64,000 bases of DNA from Candidatus Cloacimonadales bacterium (GCA_963665815.1 OY762463.1:2752001-2816000), one strand, 5' to 3'. Counted from the stretch's first letter, positions 1-10,524 are shown. Program-made: numbers and translations. The notes: generated by a model not told the origin, from the sequence alone.

Positions 1-1268
1 GATACGGTGGATGGATTGACAATATTCCTGTAATAAACTCTGGCACACACACATTATACCCACTTACATCTGAAACAAATAATTGTTTCAGAATTAACAA
101 TGAATTTGACAGCAATGAGTACTTCATTGTAGAATACAGATCTGAGCTTCCGGGTACATACGAGCAGAATTGTCCTCAATCCGGTATGCTTGTTTACAGA
201 ATCGATACTGATCACGATGGAGATGGTAATGCCTATGGTGGCGATGAAGTATATGTATTCAGATACAACGGAACAACAAATGATGATGGTAATATTTATG
301 ATGCAGTACTCTCAACTGATAATGGAAGAACTGAAATTCATAATACAACTAATCCGAATATGTATCTTTCATATGGACTGCCTTCCGGTATACATATATA
401 CAACGTTCAGGATTATGGAGATTCACTGACTTTCATACTGAATCCTTCAACATCTAACATCTCCGGAACAGTCTCAGTGGACAGTAATCTCGGAAATCTT
501 TCGGATGTTGAACTTCATATTGGTTCATACACTGTTCCTGTACAGCCTAACGGTTCATATTCCTGTGATGTATACACAGGGAACTATAATATAATTGCAT
601 CTCTTAATGGTTTTGCTACTTTTTCAACCAGCGTTGATGTCGCTCCATCACAGCAGGTTACACAGGATATTACAATGAACATTCTACCTTATCCTGATCA
701 GTTTAACCATTACATAGATAATGGAACTCTGAGAATTGAATGGACGATGTCAGATGTAATGCCGGATGATTTTACAAATTACTTTGCAGTTATTTATATG
801 AATGATATGGGCGAAACATTGAGATCAAACATTTATGATCAATTTCTGGAATTCAATGTTTCAACATCTTTCTTTGACAGTATTTCTGTTGAAATAAAAG
901 CTCAATACACTACCGGAGACAGTTATTTTTCTGACAGATACTCCTGGTATCTTTTAACAGATAATAATCAGAGCAATGTTCCTGTGTATAAAACAGGACT
1001 AATTTCAAACTATCCGAATCCGTTTAATCCGGAAACAACAATTAAGTATTCCTTGGCAGAGAAAAGCAATGCTACTATAGATATTTACAATATCATCGGT
1101 CAGAAAGTAAAATCCTTTGACAAAGGAACACTTAAAGCCGGAGAACATGAAGTTAAATGGATGGGTGATAACTCAAACGGAAAATCAGTTTCCAGTGGAA
1201 TGTACTTCTATAAACTGAATGTTGACGGGAAAACAAAAGACATAAAGAAAATGATGCTACTTAAATAG
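1..1268 (+). CDS. 5'-partial M6-family (immune inhibitor A-like) metalloprotease C-terminal part with carboxypeptidase-regulatory-like domain and YPNPFNP/FlgD-Ig (T9SS-type) C-terminal domain
   Basis: Frame is open from base 3: YGGWIDNIP...EYFIVEYR...SGMLVYRID, typical of M6 protease C-terminal region. Ends with NYPNPFNPETTIKY...KKMMLLK. Confidence 0.7.
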   Translation, partial: YGGWIDNIPVINSGTHTLYPLTSETNNCFRINNEFDSNEYFIVEYRSELPGTYEQNCPQSGMLVYRIDTDHDGDGNAYGGDEVYVFRYNGTTNDDGNIYDAVLSTDNGRTEIHNTTNPNMYLSYGLPSGIHIYNVQDYGDSLTFILNPSTSNISGTVSVDSNLGNLSDVELHIGSYTVPVQPNGSYSCDVYTGNYNIIASLNGFATFSTSVDVAPSQQVTQDITMNILPYPDQFNHYIDNGTLRIEWTMSDVMPDDFTNYFAVIYMNDMGETLRSNIYDQFLEFNVSTSFFDSISVEIKAQYTTGDSYFSDRYSWYLLTDNNQSNVPVYKTGLISNYPNPFNPETTIKYSLAEKSNATIDIYNIIGQKVKSFDKGTLKAGEHEVKWMGDNSNGKSVSSGMYFYKLNVDGKTKDIKKMMLLK

Positions 1269-1298
1269 AAGAATCTGATTCAAAACTTATAATAAACT

Positions 1299-1335
1299 AA
1301 GGCTGTTGATTGTATCTTCAGCCTTTTTCTTTTTG
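1299..1335 (+). terminator. Rho-independent terminator
   Basis: AAGGCTG...CAGCCTT stem followed by a T-run, downstream of the stop at 1268. Confidence 0.7.
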
Positions 1336-1482
1336 TTTCCAAACACATATTAGTATTCACAAAGCCAGTTCGTACACCATATTGCAGTGAAATAGGATTA
1401 TCTTTGAACTATACAATTTTTTTCGAAGGTTATGGCAGTTTTCAATGTATTACATAGTAAATGAAGAAAACAGGAGATTATT

Positions 1483-3069
1483 ATGATACAAGAAAAAATC
1501 AAAATTTTAACATTGGCTGCGATGATACTGCTTTTCTCACTACTGTATGCAGAGAGACCGGTTAACCTTTCTTATCCCATTGTAGATACAGGGCAAACGT
1601 TATGCTATAATGATACAGATGAAATAGCTTCTCCTGTTGCCGGAAGTGCTTTCTATGGTCAAGATGCTCAATACTCAGGCAATCAACCATCATATACGGA
1701 CAATAATGATGGAACTACAACTGATAATATTACCGGTTTAATGTGGACAAAGAGCCCTGATATAAATCATGATGGTTTGATAAATGTGTCAGATAAACTT
1801 ACTCAGCCGGAAGCTGTTGCCAGTGCGGATACTCTGACAGCTTCAGGATATACTGACTGGAGACTGCCAACAATTAAAGAACTGTATTCTTTGATATTGT
1901 TCAGCGGATTGGATTGCAGCGGATATAATGGAAATAATCAAGACGATTTAACTCCTTTTATTGATACTAACTATTTCGATTTCGGATATGGAGATGAAAA
2001 TTCAGGAGAGAGAATTATTGATGCTCAATTTGCTACATCTACAATATATACAGGCACAACCATGGGGGGAAATCAGACAATGTTTGGAGTTAACTTTGCA
2101 GATGGCAGAATCAAGGGATATCCGGTTTACGTAGCTCAGGAAAATGAATACAAAACTTTTTATGTATATTATGTTCGAGGTGATTCTACATATGGAACTA
2201 ATAATTACAATGACAATGGAAATGGCACTGTAACAGATGTCGCAACAGGACTGATGTGGCAGCAGAATGACAGTGGAACAGGAATGAACTGGGAAGATGC
2301 ACTTGAATGGGTACAGACAAAAAATAGTGAAAACTATCTGGGATATAATGACTGGAGATTACCTGATGTAAAAGAATTGCAGAGTATTGTGGATTATTCA
2401 AGATCTCTCAGTGAAACTAATTCTGCAGCAATTGACACAATGTTTAATTGTACGGCAATCACAGATGAAGGAAACACCCAGAACTATCCTTTTTATTGGA
2501 GCAGTACAACTCATGCGAATATGATAAACGGTGGTTATGCAGCCTATGTAGCATTTGGAGAAGCTCTCGGATTCATGGAAATGCCTCCAAACTCAGGGAA
2601 TTATCAACTTATGGATGTTCATGGAGCAGGGGCTCAGAGAAGTGACCCTAAAACCGGTAATCCTGATGATTATCCATTTGGACATGGACCTCAGGGAGAT
2701 GTAATCAGAATCAATAACTATGTTCGCTTAGTTAGAAATACAGACAATACTGAAATTGATGGCACTAAGTATGAAACTCCTTCATACCAAGGAGAAGCTT
2801 ATTTAGAAAAATGCTATCCGAATCCATTTAATCCGGAAACAAGTATAGAATATTCTGTAAAGAACAATACTGAAGTGGAAATTTATATCTTCAATATAAA
2901 AGGTCAAAAGGTTAAGACTCTGGTTGAAAAATCAGCTTCAGCAGGTGATCACAAAGTTGTGTGGCATGGGAAATCTGATTCCGGCAAAGCAGTTTCTTCC
3001 GGAGTATATTTTGTAAAGTTAGTGACAGGAAACCATATAGAAACACGCAAGATCGTTCTCATGAAATAA
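1483..3069 (+). CDS. Secreted DUF1566 (Lcl C-terminal-like) double-domain protein with YPNPFNP/FlgD-Ig C-terminal domain
   Basis: Signal peptide; two DNxDGTxTDxxTGLMW...DWRLPxxKEL repeats; C-terminal YPNPFNPET; RBS CAGGAG. Confidence 0.8.
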   Translation: MIQEKIKILTLAAMILLFSLLYAERPVNLSYPIVDTGQTLCYNDTDEIASPVAGSAFYGQDAQYSGNQPSYTDNNDGTTTDNITGLMWTKSPDINHDGLINVSDKLTQPEAVASADTLTASGYTDWRLPTIKELYSLILFSGLDCSGYNGNNQDDLTPFIDTNYFDFGYGDENSGERIIDAQFATSTIYTGTTMGGNQTMFGVNFADGRIKGYPVYVAQENEYKTFYVYYVRGDSTYGTNNYNDNGNGTVTDVATGLMWQQNDSGTGMNWEDALEWVQTKNSENYLGYNDWRLPDVKELQSIVDYSRSLSETNSAAIDTMFNCTAITDEGNTQNYPFYWSSTTHANMINGGYAAYVAFGEALGFMEMPPNSGNYQLMDVHGAGAQRSDPKTGNPDDYPFGHGPQGDVIRINNYVRLVRNTDNTEIDGTKYETPSYQGEAYLEKCYPNPFNPETSIEYSVKNNTEVEIYIFNIKGQKVKTLVEKSASAGDHKVVWHGKSDSGKAVSSGVYFVKLVTGNHIETRKIVLMK

Positions 3070-3074
3070 TATCT

Positions 3075-3099
3075 TAAATACCTTTCGCATACACTCTCC
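3075..3099. repeat. 25-bp exact direct repeat, copy of 4088-4112 (RBS and first codons of the TonB-domain gene)
   Basis: TAAATACCTTTCGCATACACTCTCC occurs at both positions. Confidence 0.9.
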
Positions 3100-3219
3100 G
3101 TTAGTGATAATACATATGTTTTTCTCAACATACTGAAAATCATAGAAAAAGATTTTAAATACGTAACAATGATTATTGTTCCCTACAGATTAACATCCTT
3201 GATGTTCAGCCAATATATG

Positions 3220-3239
3220 CCCCCGACATGAATCGGGGG
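3220..3239. terminator. GC-rich hairpin (terminator or REP-like) between convergent genes
   Basis: CCCCCGA-CATGAA-TCGGGGG. Confidence 0.5.
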
Positions 3240-3248
3240 ACTAATTAT

Positions 3249-4103
3249 CTATTTCAGGGAAAAAAACAGGGCAAATTCTAACCAGACGGCTACTGGTTCC
3301 CCTTTGAACTTAGCAGGAGTATATTTAAACTGCTTAACTGCTTTTACAGCTGCCTGATCTATGCCTTCAGGTCCCGGCATAAGTGATTTTATTACTTTAA
3401 CTTCTCCAACAGTACCATCTTCGCATATTTCAACTCTTAATCCAACAGATCCCTCTATCCCTAACTCTTTAGCCAGCTTTGGATATTCAGATTTAACATG
3501 ATGTACCAGTTTTGGAGGATCTTCATCCATTACATTTCCGGATGTTTTTTTTCTATGCAGTCTTACATCAACTATTGCCCACCCATTCACGGGTACATTC
3601 AATACTGTTACAGGCTTGAATTCATATTTTTTTACAGCTTCTATTGCTTTCTCATCAATTCCACCAGGGCTGTTATCTACTGATTCTTTAACCAGAACTC
3701 GTTCTATTTTACCGGTTTTCATTACTTCTACCTGAAGCTTTACTATAGTATCTTTTGAATAGTTATCAATTGATTCAGGAAAATCGGGTATAATTTTTTT
3801 GGTAATTACTGCTGCTTTCCCATAAGATTTCAGATTTGAGTCAGTATTGAATAAAAGGGCTACTAATTCATCAAAGCTTCTGTCTTTAAGTTCTTCATCG
3901 GAAAACTTACTTGATAATTCATTTTTGATAATTTTTTTTAACATTTCTTCTTTTGCTGCAGTATCATACTTCTGTGGTCGTTTCTGTAGCTGTGACATCA
4001 TTTTTTTACACTCGGATTTTTGCTTTTCCTGCGGTGTTGAAGCACAAGCTGTTAATAAAGCAAACAGCCAAAGAATTGCAAAAATTCTAAATACCTTTCG
4101 CAT
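3249..4103 (-). CDS. Lipoprotein with two TonB C-terminal domains
   Basis: Lipobox LTAC; YPKLAKELGIEGSVGLRVEI...IDQAAVKAVKQFKYTPA plus a second similar domain. Confidence 0.8.
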   Translation of the reverse strand: MRKVFRIFAILWLFALLTACASTPQEKQKSECKKMMSQLQKRPQKYDTAAKEEMLKKIIKNELSSKFSDEELKDRSFDELVALLFNTDSNLKSYGKAAVITKKIIPDFPESIDNYSKDTIVKLQVEVMKTGKIERVLVKESVDNSPGGIDEKAIEAVKKYEFKPVTVLNVPVNGWAIVDVRLHRKKTSGNVMDEDPPKLVHHVKSEYPKLAKELGIEGSVGLRVEICEDGTVGEVKVIKSLMPGPEGIDQAAVKAVKQFKYTPAKFKGEPVAVWLEFALFFSLK

Positions 4104-4165
4104 ACACTCTCCTTTTACATTATATCTTTAACACATTATAATTAGTACTATTCAAATTTATAGAC

Positions 4166-4227
4166 AACCCTTGCGAAGGTCTTTCGACCACTCACAAGGG
4201 TTTTAGTGCCCCCTTTTTTAAGGGGCA
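4166..4227. repeat. Two adjacent REP-like palindromes
   Basis: AACCCTTGCGAAGGTCTTTCGACCACTCACAAGGGTT (4166-4202) and TGCCCCCTTTTTTAAGGGGCA (4207-4227). Confidence 0.5.
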
Positions 4228-4233
4228 AATATT

Positions 4234-6267
4234 TTATTCAGGCACAGTCATTCCAAGCTGATCCATAACAAATGCCATTTCCTCAGCATGCTGTTTAAAC
4301 ATTATAGTCTGAGTTGTACCACCACCATGACCTGATGAATCTTTCACAAGCAGATAGATCGGATTATCCGAAGTATTCTTTTCCTGCAGAAGAGCTGTCA
4401 GTTTTCTGGCATGGAACGGATCCACTCTGGCATCGTTGATACCTGTTGTAATCATTGTTGCAGGATATTTCTCGTTATCTCTCACATTGTGGTATGGGGA
4501 ATATTTAAGGATATACTCGAATTGCTCCGGATTGTCTGCATTTCCGTATTCCTCTGTCCATATATTAGCAATACTGGAATGGTGATAACGGATCATATCA
4601 AGAAGAGGTACAGCACATAAAGCAGCCTTCATAAGATCAGGTCGCTGAGTAACAATTGCACCGATCAGCAGACCTCCGTTACTGCCACCATGAACAGCAA
4701 GTTTTTCAGGACAGGTGTACTTGTTTTCTATCAGCCATTCTGCTGCTGCAATAAAGTCATCGAATACATTCTGCTTTTTATCATGCATTCCGGCTCTATG
4801 CCATTCTTCTCCGAATTCTCCACCCCCACGCAGATTTGCCACAACGTATACTCCACCAGCCTGCAGCCAGAGAGCTTTAGAAGTTGAGAAGCCCGGTTCA
4901 AGACTTACGTTAAATCCACCATACCCGTATAGTTGGGTGGGATTATTTCCATTCAGAACAATATCTTTGTTATGAATGATAAACATTGGGATTTCTGTTC
5001 CGTCTTTAGATTTATACCATATCTGTTTTGTTGTCATATTAGAATAATCAATCTTGATATCAGGCTGGAAGAATACTTCGAGTTTATTCGAGTCAAAATT
5101 ATATTCAAAAGTTGTTCCGGGGTAAGTGAATGATGAGAACCATACCCAGATTGTTCCTCCGTCAGGTTTTCCCCAGACAGACGCTGCTCCGGTATCCGGC
5201 AGTGCAATATTCTTAATGAAAGTTCCATCAAGCTCATAAATCCGGATCTCTGTCTGTACATTCTTCATGTAAGTAACGTACAGTTTTCCATTGATGATAG
5301 CGAAAGAATCAATCTTGAATTTTTTCTCAGGTATCAATTCTTTCCAGTTTTCTTTTCCAGGATTTGCCGTAGAAGTAACAAATACTTTCCTGTTTGGAGC
5401 ATTTTTATTTGTAACAATATAGAGTTTATCCTCGAAATAGTAAACACCATACTCACAATCGAAATCATCTGAAACAGCCATTTTGTTTCCGGAGTTAAAC
5501 TCTTCGATCCAGACTGCATTTTTATAGAATACACCTTTGTTATAGAAAAGATACTTATTGTCATGAGAGAGACTTACACTGCACCAGGTTTCTTTTACAT
5601 CATCTTTGAAAATCTCAATATCCTCAGAGGAATCTGTACCGAGTTTATGCAGATATACTTTTCTCCAGTAGAACTCCTCTCCGGCAGGAACTTCACCCTT
5701 AAGAGGATTAGATACATAGTAGAAACCACTATTATCAGGCAGCCAGCTCGTAATATACTGCTTCCATCCCTTTACCGTGTCGCTGTGGTGATTTCCGTCA
5801 GCAATATCCATAATCTTGATAACCGGAGCTTCATTACCCCCTTTGGCTACACCATAGGCAAGCATTGTTCCATCCTGAGTCGGAACCCAGAATGCCAGTG
5901 TTTCGTCTTCTGCCCAGTCGTTCGGATTGATCAGAATACGCATTTCCGCTTCACTATTGTCTGCTGTATAGAGCACCCATTTCTCTTCGTCTTTTTTCTT
6001 TTGTGACTGGAAAATTCTGTCACTTTTTCTCAGTGTTCTTAAGGAACTCACCTGATCGTATTTTGCATTTTCATTCAGTTTATGAAAAAGCCATTCATTC
6101 TGTGGGAGCTTTGAAGTGTATTCTTTTGTAAAATCGTTCTGAGCCTTATCCCAGGCTTTTACTTCTTCGCTGTTATTGTCTTCAAGCCATCTGTAGTTAT
6201 CAACCAGTTCTACACCATGAAGTACATCTTTTACAGCCTCTTTGCGAGTGTTTGGATATTTATACAT
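4234..6267 (-). CDS. Prolyl oligopeptidase (S9A)
   Basis: DNYRWLE N-terminus; YGYGGF; RGGGEFG; catalytic GGSNGG, DARV and SGHG motifs. Confidence 0.95.
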   Translation of the reverse strand: MYKYPNTRKEAVKDVLHGVELVDNYRWLEDNNSEEVKAWDKAQNDFTKEYTSKLPQNEWLFHKLNENAKYDQVSSLRTLRKSDRIFQSQKKKDEEKWVLYTADNSEAEMRILINPNDWAEDETLAFWVPTQDGTMLAYGVAKGGNEAPVIKIMDIADGNHHSDTVKGWKQYITSWLPDNSGFYYVSNPLKGEVPAGEEFYWRKVYLHKLGTDSSEDIEIFKDDVKETWCSVSLSHDNKYLFYNKGVFYKNAVWIEEFNSGNKMAVSDDFDCEYGVYYFEDKLYIVTNKNAPNRKVFVTSTANPGKENWKELIPEKKFKIDSFAIINGKLYVTYMKNVQTEIRIYELDGTFIKNIALPDTGAASVWGKPDGGTIWVWFSSFTYPGTTFEYNFDSNKLEVFFQPDIKIDYSNMTTKQIWYKSKDGTEIPMFIIHNKDIVLNGNNPTQLYGYGGFNVSLEPGFSTSKALWLQAGGVYVVANLRGGGEFGEEWHRAGMHDKKQNVFDDFIAAAEWLIENKYTCPEKLAVHGGSNGGLLIGAIVTQRPDLMKAALCAVPLLDMIRYHHSSIANIWTEEYGNADNPEQFEYILKYSPYHNVRDNEKYPATMITTGINDARVDPFHARKLTALLQEKNTSDNPIYLLVKDSSGHGGGTTQTIMFKQHAEEMAFVMDQLGMTVPE

Positions 6268-6469
6268 AGATTCTCCTTTGTTTCGATAAAATTTTCCTAT
6301 TATCTGACTTTTTGAGTGAATTGAAAATAGTTGTCAATGTTTCATTTATTGACACAAAATACTATCACAACAGCATGTGTGTTGTGTACTAAATTTAAAA
6401 ATTATTGTCTTAATGAAAAAACAATGACTACAATTGATTATCCAGTATATTCTTTAAATAGGAGCATGA

Positions 6470-7042
6470 ATGAAAATTAAAAATATTAACCTTGATATTC
6501 ATAAGGAAAATCCGTTAATGAATCTGTTTCTGGATTTTTCCGGACTTAAACGACTTTACAGACAAGGGTGGTTGCAGAATGGTATCAATGAAAATATATG
6601 TGAATCTGTAGCCGAACATTCCTTTTCCACAGCTCTTACCGCGTGGATGCTTGCTACAGAATACTTCCCGAAGCTTGACAGCAATAAAGTGCTTCAGCTT
6701 GCTATTGTACATGATCTGGGAGAGATCCATGCCGGTGATTTCACACCATCTCACAATATTGATGCAAAAGATAAATCAAGTCGTGAACAGGAATCTGTAA
6801 AAAAAACATTTCAGCATATGAAGACTGGCAGAATGTTTATTGATCTCTGGAAAGAATATGAGGAAGAAAGCAGTCCTGAAGCTGTCTTCGTCAAACAGAT
6901 TGATAAAATCGAGATGATCTTACAGGCAGTAGTTTATGAGCACACAACCGGAATTAATTTAAGCAGTTTCAAAGATAGTATCGACCTGATAAAAAATAGT
7001 AATTTGAGAAAAATGATACGTGAAATTCTGGATAGCCTGTAA
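6470..7042 (+). CDS. HD-domain phosphohydrolase (HD_3 / 5'-deoxynucleotidase-like)
   Basis: LKRLYRQGW...ESVAEHS...VHDLGE...GD...DKIE motifs. Confidence 0.85.
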   Translation: MKIKNINLDIHKENPLMNLFLDFSGLKRLYRQGWLQNGINENICESVAEHSFSTALTAWMLATEYFPKLDSNKVLQLAIVHDLGEIHAGDFTPSHNIDAKDKSSREQESVKKTFQHMKTGRMFIDLWKEYEEESSPEAVFVKQIDKIEMILQAVVYEHTTGINLSSFKDSIDLIKNSNLRKMIREILDSL

Positions 7043-7187
7043 TCAGAAATAGCTGTTTTCTGAAAAATATAATTGTCAAAAAGTTTGAAAATACTGTTAA
7101 TGTCCTTTACGATATTTTTTATAAAATAATGATAGCTGTGCACTATCTGAGAATTTTGCATAGCTTCACAACATATTTGGAGATATT

Positions 7188-8156
7188 ATGAAAATAATAG
7201 TAATCGGTTCTGGTAACTGGGGGACTACACTCGCGATGTGTTTCTGTAAAAAGCATCCGGTACATCTGTGGACACTGACCGAAGATGAAGCCGCTGAGAT
7301 GAACGAGAAACGTGAGAATACTGCCCATCTTCCGGGTATAAAACTGCCGGAAGAATTGACAATTGAAAAAAAATATTCTTCTTCGATAGATAAAGACGAT
7401 ATAATTCTGACAGTAGTACCTTCCCGTGTACTTGCAAATGTATTCAAAGAGCTTTATGATAATGGAGTCAGAACAAATATAATCGTGAATGCCTCAAAAG
7501 GTGTAAAACACAGTACAATTAAAACTGCTCATCAGATTGCCAGAGAAATACTGCCAGATGCAGGATTTGCTGCGATAAGCGGTCCGAATATTGCTGTTGA
7601 GATTGCTCATGGACTACCTGCCAAAACTGTACTGGCCTGTTATGATGTGGGTGTTCTTGTGGCTCTTCAGGAAGCCTTGACAAATGATCTGTTATACTTT
7701 GAGTTCAGTCGAGATATATCAGGCATTGAGCTTTGTGCCGCACTTAAAGGTCTGATTGCAATAGCTGTCGGCTTTGCAGATGGTCTTGGTTACAAAACAA
7801 ATATATTCGGGTTGATAATCACCAAAGGTCTGCAGGAATTTAAAACTGTTGTGGAATTTCTCGGTGTTTCAATTGAGACTGTATACGGAATTGCCGGAGT
7901 TGGTGATCTTGTTACAACCTGTTTGTCAGAAGACAGTAGAAACAGGAGATTCGGCAAGTATCTGGCTCAGGGTTACTCAACAGATGATGCATTAAAGAAA
8001 GTAGGAATGGAAGTAGAAGGTGTATCAATGGCAAAAACTGTAAGGAAATTTGCACAATTCAATCTGAATATTCCACTTATTTCCATGGTTGCTAAGATTA
8101 TATTCGAGGGATCAGACGACGTTGAAGAGGATTTCAAAAATACATTACTCATATAG
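7188..8156 (+). CDS. gpsA: NAD(P)H-dependent glycerol-3-phosphate dehydrogenase
   Basis: GSGNWG, ASKG, SGPN, GVGDLVTTC...SRNRRFG, EG motifs. Confidence 0.92.
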   Translation: MKIIVIGSGNWGTTLAMCFCKKHPVHLWTLTEDEAAEMNEKRENTAHLPGIKLPEELTIEKKYSSSIDKDDIILTVVPSRVLANVFKELYDNGVRTNIIVNASKGVKHSTIKTAHQIAREILPDAGFAAISGPNIAVEIAHGLPAKTVLACYDVGVLVALQEALTNDLLYFEFSRDISGIELCAALKGLIAIAVGFADGLGYKTNIFGLIITKGLQEFKTVVEFLGVSIETVYGIAGVGDLVTTCLSEDSRNRRFGKYLAQGYSTDDALKKVGMEVEGVSMAKTVRKFAQFNLNIPLISMVAKIIFEGSDDVEEDFKNTLLI

Positions 8157-8168
8157 AGAGGATTACTG

Positions 8169-9695
8169 ATGCAATACATGATGCCTGTTATTGGAGCACT
8201 TATAGGTCTGATTACTAATCATATAGCAATTGTTATGCTGTTCAGACCGTATAAACCTGTAAAAATAGGTGGTGTAAAAATATTCGGTGAAGGTGTAATT
8301 CCTAAGAACAAAGCAAAATTAGCACGTAAGATAGGTGAAACCGTACAGAATGATCTACTTCAGCCTGAAGACTTTGTCAGAAGAATCAACAGTAAGGAAG
8401 TGGAGTCTTTTATCGAAGAAAGCTCTGCAAAAATCATTGATGATATTATGAACAGGGAAATTCCTTCTTTGAATGATTTCATTCCGGACTGCAGCAATGA
8501 ATTACAGGTTATCAGCAATCTCATCTGCAATAAGATATGTCGTTTTCTTGAGACTGACAAAGGCAGGGAAATGCTTTCTGAACTGACTGATCTAATTCTA
8601 CAGAAAATTGGAGAGAAATCATTTTCGGAACTTGTATCAGATAAAATCGAAGCTCAGGTTACATCGAGAATTATTAATTTCGTTATTCTCAATTCAGATA
8701 AAAGCCGAATTGAACAGTTTATTAAGGGTTCTCTACAGTCAAAACTGGATGAGCTTTTTACATCCGAGAAATCAATATCAGATTTAAGTGGGGAAAAATG
8801 GAAGTCTGTAACTGACTCTACGATTGAATCCATAAGTGTAATTCTGGCAGAGAGAGTTCCGGATTTTCTGGAGAACGAAGAACTGAGCAATGCAATCAAG
8901 GAGATTCTTACAGACAGAATCAAAGATTCCATAAAGAGCAATCCTCAGCTCTCCCTGTTCAGTAGTTTTATATCTGATCAAATGCTGAATGATATTTTAG
9001 GTCCGACCTTTGAACAGATAATGCCGGAATTGAGACAGTATCTGCAAAGTGAAAGTGTTCAGGAAATCATCTCCAATGGTATCAGAAAGGAGTTCTCCAC
9101 ATTAATCGCAACACCTGTGAATAACTTGGTGAGTACATTCGCACAAGAGCCGGAAGCACTGAAAGAAGCTCTTTTATCCACTATTAGCGATAAAATACTT
9201 TATCTTATTGCAGACAAAGAAGTTATATCAAGCTTGAACAATTGGTTGCATACTCTTTTTTCTATGAAAATCAATGATTTAGCAAGTGTGGATAACTTTG
9301 TGGATATCTCAGGGATGATTGTGGAAAACTTGCAAAAATCTCTCACGGGAGAAGAAGGAAAGACTCGACTGAATAAGGCAATTTCCGGCTTATTAACATA
9401 CTTGTCCACACAACCACTCGGCAGGCTGAGCAGTTATGTTTCGGGTGGAATTCTGGAAGTTATCCACAGAACTGTACACAAGTTTATCATGGATATTTTG
9501 AACAGGGAATTTCCTGTTATTCTCAAGCAAATTAATCTTAAAAAGATCGTTGAAGAAAAAATATTAGAATTCCCCTTGATTAAATTAGAGCAGATTATTA
9601 GAAATGTCGCATCGAAAGAACTTAAATATATAACTGTATTTGGTGGAATTCTGGGATTTGCCATCGGATTCATTCAAATGCTTCTTACATTGTAA
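8169..9695 (+). CDS. DUF445 family membrane-anchored protein
   Basis: IGLITNHIAIVMLFRP N-terminus; ELKYITVFGGILGFAIG C-terminus. Confidence 0.85.
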   Translation: MQYMMPVIGALIGLITNHIAIVMLFRPYKPVKIGGVKIFGEGVIPKNKAKLARKIGETVQNDLLQPEDFVRRINSKEVESFIEESSAKIIDDIMNREIPSLNDFIPDCSNELQVISNLICNKICRFLETDKGREMLSELTDLILQKIGEKSFSELVSDKIEAQVTSRIINFVILNSDKSRIEQFIKGSLQSKLDELFTSEKSISDLSGEKWKSVTDSTIESISVILAERVPDFLENEELSNAIKEILTDRIKDSIKSNPQLSLFSSFISDQMLNDILGPTFEQIMPELRQYLQSESVQEIISNGIRKEFSTLIATPVNNLVSTFAQEPEALKEALLSTISDKILYLIADKEVISSLNNWLHTLFSMKINDLASVDNFVDISGMIVENLQKSLTGEEGKTRLNKAISGLLTYLSTQPLGRLSSYVSGGILEVIHRTVHKFIMDILNREFPVILKQINLKKIVEEKILEFPLIKLEQIIRNVASKELKYITVFGGILGFAIGFIQMLLTL

Positions 9696-9727
9696 TTAAT
9701 GAATAATAAATATACCCCGGAGGAACG

Positions 9728-10048
9728 ATGTCTGAAAATGGATTTAATATTAATTTTGACAGTTTACTAAAACAGGGACTGGCTGTTATTGATGCCAGAT
9801 ACAGAAAATATGAAGTAACTAATAATAAGTACAAGCTTGTTATAACACAAATTGAAGGTGACAGAGATTCTTTCTATCCAGATATGATGAAAGAATACTT
9901 CGGAACTGATTTCGAAACTAAAGGACGTAATCTTTTTGATTTATGGACTCGCATTCTGATCCACAAACTTAAAATGAGTGATCTGCTTAACAGAGACATA
10001 TCCATCAAAGTAGCAGCTCTGGACTTCTTTGAGACTCAGGAGATCTGA
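9728..10048 (+). CDS. Hypothetical protein
   Basis: 106-aa ORF with GGAGG RBS, stop overlapping the ndk start. Confidence 0.7.
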   Translation: MSENGFNINFDSLLKQGLAVIDARYRKYEVTNNKYKLVITQIEGDRDSFYPDMMKEYFGTDFETKGRNLFDLWTRILIHKLKMSDLLNRDISIKVAALDFFETQEI

Positions 10049-10467
10049 TGAATCATACTCTTATGCTTATCAAACCCAATGCAACTGAGAAACACAAGAT
10101 CGGTGAAATTTTAAAGATTGTTGAAGATGACGGATTCATTATTGAAAGAATGAGAATGATTAGAATGACAAAGGAATTCGCAGAAACATTTTATTCTGTT
10201 CACAGAGGAAAACCATTTTTCGAAAGACTGATAAAATTTATGACTTCCGGTAAAACAGTGGCAGTTGTACTTGGTAGAGAAAACGCAGTTACAGAGTTGA
10301 GAAGAATAGTTGGAGCAACAGATCCGGCAAAAGCAGAAACCGGCACAATCAGAGCATTGTATGGAGAAACTGTTACTTTTAATGCTGTCCATGCTTCAGA
10401 TTCCATTGAGCACGGTATGGACGAAATCCAGATTTTGTTCCCGGGCTATCCGGCACTATCTATTTAG
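10048..10467 (+). CDS. ndk: Nucleoside diphosphate kinase
   Basis: IKP, HRGKPFF, GATDPAKAETGTIR, NAVHASDS. Confidence 0.97.
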   Translation: MNHTLMLIKPNATEKHKIGEILKIVEDDGFIIERMRMIRMTKEFAETFYSVHRGKPFFERLIKFMTSGKTVAVVLGRENAVTELRRIVGATDPAKAETGTIRALYGETVTFNAVHASDSIEHGMDEIQILFPGYPALSI

Positions 10468-10492
10468 AACTTTCAGTACAGATATATTATAA

Positions 10493-10524
10493 TAGATCAC
10501 TCATCAGCGAGTGGTCTTTTTTTT
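10493..10524 (+). terminator. Rho-independent terminator after ndk
   Basis: AGATCACTC-ATCAGC-GAGTGGTCT plus T-run. Confidence 0.7.

Noticed and set aside
1432..1448. TGGCAGTTTTCAATGT as a sigma-54 promoter for the DUF1566 gene
   Set aside because: No GC at the required GG-N10 spacing
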